From IMG/VR virus record IMGVR_UViG_3300028840_003357, positions 1-61,703 of that record: 61,703 bases of DNA; one strand, written 5' to 3'. Origin of the DNA: a virus. Its lineage: Duplodnaviria > Caudoviricetes. The position numbers and the translations under genes are program-made. Within the stretch, counting starts at the first letter, position 1. Every line of letters starts with the position of its first letter. Of this stretch, positions 36,632 to 44,720 are shown piece by piece. The notes below the pieces were generated by a model. That model worked only from the letters and a program-made list of their open reading frames with translations. It ran no database searches and had not been told where the DNA came from.

Positions 36632-37158
36632 TTCGTTTCTCCTTTCTTGTGCTTCGCGCAAACCTTCCGACCTGTTCCCCTGATCAACCTTCCGTCGATG
36701 CCTGCGTCGTAGCAGACACCGCACACGTTTTCGTTCCATCCGTTTCCGCAGTAGAAACAGTCGCGATGCGTCTTCGGTTCCCTGCAGGTGCATACTGGAT
36801 CCACCTTCGTGTACTTCTTGACGATCGCTTCCTTCACCCACTCGATCGCGCCGTACTGTGCGCGGCGATTGTTCTTCGCCTCACTCCTGCGGAGACGCTT
36901 GCCCGTTTCCCGGTCGAAGTATCCCTTGCGGAATATCCGAGAGCGATACTCGATCTTCTCTGCCTTGACCCCTGCCCTGGCGAGGATCTGTTCCACCTTC
37001 TTGGCGAAGACTGCCTTCTCCGGAACGAGCGTGAACATCTCGATCCTGATGGACTTGTCGGTGTAGAGCCTTGCGTACCATCCATCGCCGCGCGTCTTCA
37101 GCACGTCCTGTATCGAATTCAGCTCCTCGTTCGTGTTCCTTGTCATCGTTGCGTTCAT
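36628..37158 (-). CDS. Hypothetical early protein with Cys-rich C-terminal domain
   Basis: AGGAG RBS; CTC...H..C..C...C..C...C..H. Confidence 0.65.
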   Translation of the reverse strand: MNATMTRNTNEELNSIQDVLKTRGDGWYARLYTDKSIRIEMFTLVPEKAVFAKKVEQILARAGVKAEKIEYRSRIFRKGYFDRETGKRLRRSEAKNNRRAQYGAIEWVKEAIVKKYTKVDPVCTCREPKTHRDCFYCGNGWNENVCGVCYDAGIDGRLIRGTGRKVCAKHKKGETK

Positions 37159-37172
37159 CTTTCCGTCTCCTT

Positions 37173-37727
37173 TCATATGCTGATGTAGTTCCTGCAAGCT
37201 ATCTCCGTCCACCTTTCCGGTGTCGTGTGGACGATGTACTTCTTTCCCTTGTAGCTGACCTGATTCCTTTTCTTCTCGTAGCGGCGCTGCATTCCCTTCC
37301 CCTTGTAGCCGCCCACCTTTGTCGGTATCCTTCTGATCGTGTCCACGATCTTCCCGTCGAATCCGTCGAAGCCTTCGACCACCAGAACTTCGATCTGGCG
37401 CATACGCTGGTTCGACTTTTCCCTGGCCTTCAGCTGGTGGATCTGATTCTGGAGCTCCCACTTCTGTTCCTCGAGTCCTTCCACATCCTCCCAGTGGCAG
37501 GTCTTCAGCTCTTCCTTGATTCCGTTGAGTTGTTCGACCAGTTCCGCGATCCTTCCGTGATACTTCGCCGGCGTCCTTCTGAAGAGAGGTTTCACCGTCA
37601 CGTTGTAGAGATGACCGCCGAGCTTTTTCGTTGCGACCTTCACCGCGTGCTTTTCGTTCCTCGCCCTGACCTGTACCCCCACGTTGTCCCCGTCTACGTG
37701 TAGCGCTGTTACTTCGAACTTGTTCAT
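37173..37727 (-). CDS. Hypothetical early protein
   Basis: AGGAGG RBS. Confidence 0.65.
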   Translation of the reverse strand: MNKFEVTALHVDGDNVGVQVRARNEKHAVKVATKKLGGHLYNVTVKPLFRRTPAKYHGRIAELVEQLNGIKEELKTCHWEDVEGLEEQKWELQNQIHQLKAREKSNQRMRQIEVLVVEGFDGFDGKIVDTIRRIPTKVGGYKGKGMQRRYEKKRNQVSYKGKKYIVHTTPERWTEIACRNYISI

Positions 37728-37738
37728 CGTTTCGCCTC

Positions 37739-38251
37739 CTAGTTGTTCCTGCTGTCTGCCACCTTGATGGATCCGCCGTCCTGGAAGTTGATCCAGACTA
37801 CTCCGTCCCTAACCACCGCCGAACCGATGGCGGGGACTTCCACGTGGGTCACCTTCGTCGTTTCTTCCTCTTCGATCTCGATCGGAATCCTACGCTGCAT
37901 CCTGTTCGCCTGGTTGGCGGTCAGGCTGCTGAAGTTCCTGTTCTTCCTCAGTCCCTTCACCTTCTTGAGGTTCGCCCCTTCGATCTTCTTGGCCTCGCTG
38001 GAGAGGCGTGCCGACCTTTCGCCGTGGCCGGGATAGGTGTAGTGGCGCTTGCCTGTGCCCGGAACGGGGATGCCGCGTTCCAGAAGGATGGTCCTGACGA
38101 CCGCCGCGTCGTCATCGTCCGCCGGAGTGATTCCGAAGATGGCGCAGACGCATGCGTATGATTCGTCCGCCTTCCGCTGGAGCTCCATCGCGTACTGCTT
38201 GTTGATGTTCTCCGCCTTGATCCTGTTCCATTCGCTTTCTCTTCCCTTCAT
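37739..38251 (-). CDS. Hypothetical early protein
   Basis: AGGAGG RBS. Confidence 0.65.
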   Translation of the reverse strand: MKGRESEWNRIKAENINKQYAMELQRKADESYACVCAIFGITPADDDDAAVVRTILLERGIPVPGTGKRHYTYPGHGERSARLSSEAKKIEGANLKKVKGLRKNRNFSSLTANQANRMQRRIPIEIEEEETTKVTHVEVPAIGSAVVRDGVVWINFQDGGSIKVADSRNN

Positions 38252-38353
38252 CTTTCCTTCCTCCTTTTTGTTCCGCCTGTTAGTTGTTCGCCTCGATGTT
38301 TCTGCGACTGAAAGTGGGGGGATGTTTGAGGCACATCCCCGGAAGCCTGTCCG

Positions 38354-38752
38354 CTAGCTGATGTTCTGTTCGTACTGTTCCTCGATCCACGTTGTCCGTG
38401 CGTGGAGGATTCCGGTGGGGCGATCCGACAGGATGCCGAAGCGTGTTTCGATCTTCCTGCTAGCGAGCTCGTGGAAGATCGTGTGGAGCTCTTCGATCAT
38501 CCTGCTGGCCTTGACGGCCTCGTACCATTCCTTCCCCTTCGCCGGGCGAAGGAGTTCGGGGAGCTTCTTGTGGAGCTCCGTGTCTATCGCCCAGATGGCG
38601 ATCGAGGCTACGATGTGCTGCCGGAGGTCGTCGGGGAATTCCCGATCGCCCGCGACCAATAGTACATCGGCCTTCACTCTTTCTTCGGTCGCCTTCGCCG
38701 ATTCTATCCCTTCGGCTGCTTCCCTGGCTGCTTCGTCGAAGTATGAACTCAT
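38354..38752 (-). CDS. Hypothetical early protein
   Basis: AGGAG RBS before MSSYFDEAA. Confidence 0.65.
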   Translation of the reverse strand: MSSYFDEAAREAAEGIESAKATEERVKADVLLVAGDREFPDDLRQHIVASIAIWAIDTELHKKLPELLRPAKGKEWYEAVKASRMIEELHTIFHELASRKIETRFGILSDRPTGILHARTTWIEEQYEQNIS

Positions 38753-38768
38753 CTCCTTCTCCTTTCTG

Positions 38769-38987
38769 CTAGTTGATCCCGTTGTTGAAGTCATCCTGCT
38801 CGCCCATGGCGAAGTCGGTGGTCTTGTCCGACTTGACCGCGTGCGCTTCCATGTGCTTCGCCGTGTCCTTGGCGTCCTGCTTGTCGTCCGTGAAGTAATC
38901 GGCGCCGGCCTGATACTCGCCATCGATGAAGAGCCGCACGCGATATTCCTCCGTGTCCCTGTTGAATGTGATCTTCGTTGTTGCCAT
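38769..38987 (-). CDS. Small hypothetical early protein
   Basis: AGGAG RBS; EYRVRLFIDG...ADYFTDDK.DA..TA motif. Confidence 0.65.
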   Translation of the reverse strand: MATTKITFNRDTEEYRVRLFIDGEYQAGADYFTDDKQDAKDTAKHMEAHAVKSDKTTDFAMGEQDDFNNGIN

Positions 38988-39023
38988 CGTTCTTCTCCTT
39001 TGCCTTGTTCCGCCTTCGTTCGT

Positions 39024-39569
39024 TTAGTCCTGTACGTTGTGGACGTGGATTGCGCCCGCCGGTCCGCTGTGCCTCATTCCTTTCACTATTTTCGCTTCGC
39101 TGTAGGTGAAGACTTCGTCGTCGTCGATCTCCATCCCGAGATAGTCGCTGAACTCTTCGATGTCCTGCTTCTTGAGGATCTCCACCGCTTCCGGTCCGCT
39201 GTCGGCCGCCACGAGGACGACGTCCAACTGTTCGTTGCCTTCCGACTTCCTTGTGATGCTGTAGACCCTCTTGCGAGCGGCTTCCTGAACCATCCGCTTG
39301 ACCGCGGCATCGATCTCGTCCTTTTCCATCCCGTAGCCGCCGCCGACTATCAGGTCTTTCGCTTCCTGGATCCACCTTTCCAAAGGAAGGTGGTTGAGCC
39401 TGCAGACTGCCACGCTGGAGGAGTACCATCCGGAAGGATCGAGATCGCTGGGCGTGTTGTCCGTTCCCGCGAAGTACAGGTAACCGTTCCCCTGTACGAG
39501 TTCGAGTTCGAATCCGACTGCTTCTGAAACCGCCTTCGATACTGTCTTGAGTGTGAGTCGCTTTGTCAT
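39024..39569 (-). CDS. Hypothetical early protein
   Basis: ELVQGNGYLYF...SSSVAVCRLNHL motif. Confidence 0.65.
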   Translation of the reverse strand: MTKRLTLKTVSKAVSEAVGFELELVQGNGYLYFAGTDNTPSDLDPSGWYSSSVAVCRLNHLPLERWIQEAKDLIVGGGYGMEKDEIDAAVKRMVQEAARKRVYSITRKSEGNEQLDVVLVAADSGPEAVEILKKQDIEEFSDYLGMEIDDDEVFTYSEAKIVKGMRHSGPAGAIHVHNVQD

Positions 39570-39586
39570 CGTTCCGTTCCTTTCTT

Positions 39587-39856
39587 TCAGCTGTAGTTGA
39601 ATTCCGCGTCGACCTTGTCCATCTGATCGCGGTCGATCGTTTCGAAGTCGGTATCGAAGATGCTGTCTTCAATTCCGAGGTAAACGATGAACGCGTGCTT
39701 CTTGTTCTTCGTCCTGACCAGGAAGTCGTTGTTGAATCTGCTTCCGGGGATCGCTTCGAAGTCTTTCGCTGACTTCGCCTTGATCTGCTTCATGTCCACC
39801 ATCTTCACCAGTGCTTCGATTGCGTCCTGACTTGTGTAGCTGCGTCTGCGTTTCAT
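39587..39856 (-). CDS. First early gene, hypothetical
   Basis: AAGGAGG RBS before MKRRRSY. Confidence 0.6.
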   Translation of the reverse strand: MKRRRSYTSQDAIEALVKMVDMKQIKAKSAKDFEAIPGSRFNNDFLVRTKNKKHAFIVYLGIEDSIFDTDFETIDRDQMDKVDAEFNYS

Positions 39857-39889
39857 TCTTCCGCCTCCTTCTGTTGTGGTTCGTTGTTG

Positions 39890-40520
39890 CCTCTGTGGTT
39901 TGCCTTGCCGTCTGTAAAGTGGCGAGGTTGATTTGTGGCTCAACCTCGAAAGCCTGAACGTTCTGTTGTAGGTTTCTCACTTCGCACGTTTCGTTGCAGA
40001 TCACTTTCATCTGAGTACGAAGTCGATCCAAGCACTTCATCGATTCCTGGCCCCGTAGTTTCGGCTTCCGCCAACCAGATACGTTGACTGTCTGTCACTG
40101 GACTGTGTCCTGTGGGCTTCGCAAGCTTTCCCGTCGTGGTGATGAAGGAGACTTTCGAATCCTTCGCCCGACTTGTACTTCATAGCTGAGCAACGTTCTT
40201 CAATGCTTTCCTGTGGATCTCTCAAAGGGGTCTGGTCTCTCGACCGGCTGGCTGTAGTTGAAGATGGGGTCACTCCCTAAACTTTTTTCTCCCTAACACC
40301 TCAGTAAAAAAGGTTTGGACTCTCTCACCTTTTCCCCTATCGTCACTCCAGCGAGGTTGGGCCTCAGTCGACTTTCGTCTGCGTTGCGACTTCCGCCGCG
40401 CGGCCATCAACAGCTTTTTCCCTCGCCTTCGACGCTATGTCAAAGAACCTGACAAAGTCAGAAGAGTCTGTCGTGAAGTACGCGTCGCGAGGCGTCTGTG
40501 TCCTGCGTCCGCCAACCTTC
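39890..40520 (-). ncRNA. Putative large structured non-coding RNA or leader
   Basis: No credible ORF; several GNRA-capped hairpins on the - strand, long-range pairings and internal repeats. Confidence 0.5.
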
Positions 40521-40582
40521 AACTTACTATATCTTAACTTTATCATAGGGGAATCATATCAGCATCCCCATATAAAGGAAAG

Positions 40583-40610
40583 AAAAAAGTGAAATTATTT
40601 TCACTTTTTT
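40583..40610. repeat. Perfect 12-bp AT-rich inverted repeat in the divergent control region
   Basis: AAAAAAGTGAAA-TTAT-TTTCACTTTTTT. Confidence 0.8.
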
Positions 40611-40732
40611 AAGGTTTACGCAATTCCTGCTATTATTGCGTGAATCTGGGATATGGCAGATTTTTTGAACTTTTTTTGGCCGTCCAGCGAAAAGCCGGGG
40701 TACAATTGCGGAAAAGTGCTGAAGGAGAACCG

Positions 40733-41449
40733 ATGCCGCGGAAGGCAAAAAAGAAGTCAGAAGCACAGACAGAATCAGGCAGCAAGCCTGGCAGAAAGTC
40801 TCTGTACAGACCTGACTTCGATGACCTTGGTTTTGATCTGGCGAAGGCAGGCGCGACTGTGAAAGAAATCGCAAAAGCATTTGGCGTCAGCACCTTTGCA
40901 GTTGAAGACTGGATGAGGAAGCACGACGCATTCGCTAGGGCCATAAAAAAGGGACGGTGGCAGTTCGACACGAAGCAGATCGAGAACGCGCTCAGATCCA
41001 GGGCGCTTGGATTCACATACGAGGAAGTCACAGTCGAGGCCATCGTTCTGCTGGACGGAGATGAAGAGGACACCTTCGTCGAAAGGAAGGACACCGTCGG
41101 AGGCAATGGAAAGAGTCGCACACGCATCAGACTGGTTCCCGGATACAAGAGGAAAGTCACAACGAAGCAAGTCATACCTGACGTCGGCGCTCTCTGTTTC
41201 TGGCTCTGCAATCGTCAGCCGGAAGATTGGAAGAACGTCCAGCGACAGATCGTCGAAGGAAAGGTCGAACACGAACACAATCATTATCTTGATCTAACGA
41301 AATACTCGAGGAAAGAACTTGAACAGCTCCGCAGTCTTATCAGCAAGGGAACTCCAGACGACCCCGATGCCGACAGCGAGGGAAGTGGACAACGCTCTGG
41401 CGTACGTCAGCCTGTACCACTTCGTTTGTCAGCTGTGGCGGGTAGTTGA
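40733..41449 (+). CDS. terS: Terminase small subunit
   Basis: GRKSLY, HTH (GAT.KEIAKAFGVS...W), ENAL..RALG..YEE, PDVGA..FWL.NR.P..W. Confidence 0.85.
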   Translation: MPRKAKKKSEAQTESGSKPGRKSLYRPDFDDLGFDLAKAGATVKEIAKAFGVSTFAVEDWMRKHDAFARAIKKGRWQFDTKQIENALRSRALGFTYEEVTVEAIVLLDGDEEDTFVERKDTVGGNGKSRTRIRLVPGYKRKVTTKQVIPDVGALCFWLCNRQPEDWKNVQRQIVEGKVEHEHNHYLDLTKYSRKELEQLRSLISKGTPDDPDADSEGSGQRSGVRQPVPLRLSAVAGS

Positions 41450-42821
41450 GAAGAGACCGTTCGTACCAGGGTGGCACATCGAAGCCATGTGCGATCACCT
41501 TCAGGCGGTGTCCAGCGGATCCATCAAGCGGCTGATCATCAACATACCTCCTCGCCACACCAAGTCGCTTATCGTCTCCGTCATGTGGCCCATGTGGGAC
41601 TGGCTTCATAATTCCTCACGCCAATGGCTCTTCGCCTCCTACGCTCAGACGCTCTCCATCCGCGACTCCGTGAAGGCCAGAAGGATATTCCAGTCGGCGG
41701 AGTACCAAGAGCTTCTCATGATCTACAGACCGGACCTCGTTCTCGTAGGCGACCAGAACACCAAGACAAGATTCGAGAACAACGACAGCGGATACCGGCT
41801 TGCCACCTCAGTCGATGGTGCCTTGACAGGTGAAGGCGGCGACATCATCGGCGTGGACGATCCGCACAACATCCGCGACGGGGAAAGCGAGACGAAAAGG
41901 AAGGCGACGCTGGACTGGTGGGATGAGGCGATGTCCACTCGGTTGAACGACATGAAGACGGGCGCCTATGTGATCATCATGCAGAGATCGCATCAGAACG
42001 ACCTGACCGGACACATCCTTGAGCGGGAAGCCGACGAATGGGATCAGTTGGTGATACCGGCAAGGAAGGAAGAGAAGAGCCGCATCAGATCCAGCCTCGG
42101 CTTCGTGGATCCGCGCACGACCATCGGCGAACCTATGTCACCGGAACGCTTCGGCGAAGAGGAGCTGCGGAAGCTTGAGCGATCCTTGGGGTCGTACGGC
42201 ACGGCCGGCCAACTACAACAGCGGCCCTCGCCCAGAGGCGGCGGCATGATGAAGGTCAGCGAGCTGAGTATCCTTGAAGCCATCAACAGGAACTTCATCG
42301 AGAAGTCCGTGCGATACTGGGACAAGGCGGGGACGGAAGGCGGCGGAGCACGAACCGCTGGCGTCCTGATGCACAAGATGAAGGGTGGTCCGGTGGAGTT
42401 CGTGATCGAAGATGTGGTCAAGGGGCAGTGGTCCGCTGGATCCAGAGAGAAGCGGATCAAGCAAGTCGCCGAACTGGACGCCGAAGAGATGGGGTCGAAG
42501 ACCGCCGTGAAGGTGTGGGTGGAGCAGGAAGGCGGAAGCGGCGGAAAGGAATCGGCGGAGAACACGGTCAGGAATCTGAAAGGCTTCAGCGCGTTCAAGG
42601 AATCGGTGCAAGGGGACAAGGTCACCAGGGCGGAGCCTCTATCGGCGCAGGTGGAGATAGGAAACGTTGCGCTGATGAAGGGACCGTGGGTGAAGGAGTA
42701 CGTCGAAGAGCTGGAGATGTTTCCGGCCGGCTCCTACAAGGATCAAGTGGACGCGTCAAGCGGAGCGTTCAACAAGCTGATGAACCTTTCCGGAAAGCGG
42801 AAGCGAGCCGGAACCTGGTGA
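41367..42821 (+). CDS. terL: Terminase large subunit
   Basis: INIPPRHTKS, TGEGGD..VDDPH, IMQR.H..DL, YWDKA, DQVDA. Confidence 0.95.
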   Translation: MPTAREVDNALAYVSLYHFVCQLWRVVEKRPFVPGWHIEAMCDHLQAVSSGSIKRLIINIPPRHTKSLIVSVMWPMWDWLHNSSRQWLFASYAQTLSIRDSVKARRIFQSAEYQELLMIYRPDLVLVGDQNTKTRFENNDSGYRLATSVDGALTGEGGDIIGVDDPHNIRDGESETKRKATLDWWDEAMSTRLNDMKTGAYVIIMQRSHQNDLTGHILEREADEWDQLVIPARKEEKSRIRSSLGFVDPRTTIGEPMSPERFGEEELRKLERSLGSYGTAGQLQQRPSPRGGGMMKVSELSILEAINRNFIEKSVRYWDKAGTEGGGARTAGVLMHKMKGGPVEFVIEDVVKGQWSAGSREKRIKQVAELDAEEMGSKTAVKVWVEQEGGSGGKESAENTVRNLKGFSAFKESVQGDKVTRAEPLSAQVEIGNVALMKGPWVKEYVEELEMFPAGSYKDQVDASSGAFNKLMNLSGKRKRAGTW

Positions 42822-42831
42822 GGAGGAAGAG

Positions 42832-43209
42832 ATGAGTGACATCCTGATAACGAACACAATCAACATCAACAAGGGAACGATAAGAGACCGAGGACTGAAG
42901 GTCAACAACCTGGTGCTCAGCCAGACGGGGTCCGGCTATCAGAGCGGCACGCTCGATATAGGAGCAGGAGTGACGGTGGACCTCCCGATCGACGAGTTGA
43001 CGACGGCAGGCGTCTGGAATCTCCAGGTGTCGGAGGCCGCCACGGGTGCCACGCTTCAGGTCGGTCCAAACAACGGCGGGGCCATCCTGCCGATGGACGA
43101 ACTGAACGAGACGGAAGTCGCAAGCGGAAGGATCGCCTCCGGTGCCGGCGTCAAGCTGAAGGCGATAGGCGGCGCGGTCAAGGTCGAGTTCTTCGTCGCG
43201 GAGGATTGA
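42832..43209 (+). CDS. Hypothetical beta-rich protein
   Basis: GAGGAGG RBS; lies between terminase and portal. Confidence 0.65.
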   Translation: MSDILITNTININKGTIRDRGLKVNNLVLSQTGSGYQSGTLDIGAGVTVDLPIDELTTAGVWNLQVSEAATGATLQVGPNNGGAILPMDELNETEVASGRIASGAGVKLKAIGGAVKVEFFVAED

Positions 43210-43211
43210 TC

Positions 43212-44720
43212 ATGCCAAGAAAGTCGAAGATGAAAGAGACCGGAAGGGCCAACGTGAAGACGATGGCGGTGAACCGAGTACTTCAGGAACAGTTGAGCCT
43301 CTTGGCGGGCACGATCCAACAGCGACGTGCTCTTGCCCACGGTCTTGGAAAGTCTTACGAAGGCCAGCGAGATCTGTACCTCGCACTTGGCTACAAGAAG
43401 GTGATCGAGTACACCGACTATCTGGACAAGTACGAACGGCAGGACATCGCCAAGCGGATCGTGACCGCCTATCCCGATGCGACCTGGCGCGGTGAACCTG
43501 TCGTCTATGAGACGGAGGATCCAGAACCGACTTCGTTCGAAGAGGCGTGGCAGGAACTAGCCAGGGACAAGAACGTGCTCCAGTATCTCACCAGGCTGGA
43601 CAAGATGGCGGGCATCGGACGCTACGCCGTTCTGTATCTCGGATTCAGCGACGTGGAGAAGCCAGAGGACGCGCAGGAAGAGGTGACGAAGGCGGAAGGC
43701 AACGAGCTACTCTTCCTTCAGCCGTACAGCGAAACGAACGCCGAGGTGAACACCTGGGACAACGACCACTCGTCCGAACGATACGGACTGCCGATGACCT
43801 ACAAGCTGAAGGTCAAGAACCTGAACAACGCCACCGGAACGAAGGCGGATGAGTCCCTGTCCACCACCGACGTCGTCGTCCACTGGAGCAGAGTCATCCA
43901 CGCGGCGGAGGGACTTCTTGAATCGAACGTGTACGGGACGCCTCGCCTGAAGGCGGTCTTCAATCGTCTTGACAACCTTGACCTCATAGCCGGAGGATCC
44001 GCCGAGTCGATGTGGCGTGGTGGTTTCCCCGGTCTGGCCTTCGAGCTGGATCCAGAAGCCGAGCTCACACCTCAGGACGCCGAAGACCTCGACAAGCAGA
44101 TAGACGAGTACGTTCACTCGCTTCGGAGATATCTCAGGCTCCAGGGAATGAAGGCCAACAGCCTGAACCCTCAGATAGCGGATCCGGATAGTCACGTCAA
44201 GGTCCAACTGGAATTGATCTCAGGTGCGACGGGAATCCCCGTCCGTATCCTGACCGGTTCGGAGCGCGGCGAACTAGCATCCACTCAGGACAAGGAGAAC
44301 TGGTCGGACAGGGTGTCGGAGCGCAGGAAAGACTTTGCCGAGCCTTCGATCCTGAGACCTTTCGTCGACAGGTTGATAGAGTCAGGCGTCCTTCCTGAGC
44401 CGGCGGAAGGATACTTCGTGGCGTGGCCGGACGTCAACGCACTGTCTGACAAGGAACAGGCGGAGATAGCACAGATCAGGACGAAGGCGATAGCGGAATA
44501 TGTGAAGGCGGGTGCGGAGATGCTCATACCGCCGTACGCCTTCCTGACATCGATAATGGGATTTGAACAGACGGAAGCGGAGGCGATGCTGGACGAGCTT
44601 GAACAGATGCTCAAGGAAGAGGAAGAGGACGCCGCCGCGATGGCAGATGAAGAGGCGATCAAGAAGCAGGAAGAGGAAGCTGCCATGGAAGATGAAGAGG
44701 AAGAGGAGGACGCCGCTTGA
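43212..44720 (+). CDS. Portal protein (DUF1073-like)
   Basis: Y.R.DIA.RIV, RYGLP..Y, VHWSRVIH, GIPVRILTG.ERG.LAS..D; position after terL. Confidence 0.85.
   Translation: MPRKSKMKETGRANVKTMAVNRVLQEQLSLLAGTIQQRRALAHGLGKSYEGQRDLYLALGYKKVIEYTDYLDKYERQDIAKRIVTAYPDATWRGEPVVYETEDPEPTSFEEAWQELARDKNVLQYLTRLDKMAGIGRYAVLYLGFSDVEKPEDAQEEVTKAEGNELLFLQPYSETNAEVNTWDNDHSSERYGLPMTYKLKVKNLNNATGTKADESLSTTDVVVHWSRVIHAAEGLLESNVYGTPRLKAVFNRLDNLDLIAGGSAESMWRGGFPGLAFELDPEAELTPQDAEDLDKQIDEYVHSLRRYLRLQGMKANSLNPQIADPDSHVKVQLELISGATGIPVRILTGSERGELASTQDKENWSDRVSERRKDFAEPSILRPFVDRLIESGVLPEPAEGYFVAWPDVNALSDKEQAEIAQIRTKAIAEYVKAGAEMLIPPYAFLTSIMGFEQTEAEAMLDELEQMLKEEEEDAAAMADEEAIKKQEEEAAMEDEEEEEDAA

Noticed and set aside
40350-40400. 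Hammerhead ribozyme-like CUGA/GAAA elements
   Set aside because: The required CUGANGA core is absent (CUGAGGC) and the stem order does not fit
39669-40546. Short - strand ORFs 39669-40040, 40037-40273 and 40364-40546
   Set aside because: No clear RBS, no motifs and composition unlike neighbouring genes; better explained as structured RNA
43212-44720. Anti-CBASS (Acb1) label sometimes attached to DUF1073 portals
   Set aside because: No 2H-phosphoesterase HxT motifs seen; size and position indicate a plain portal
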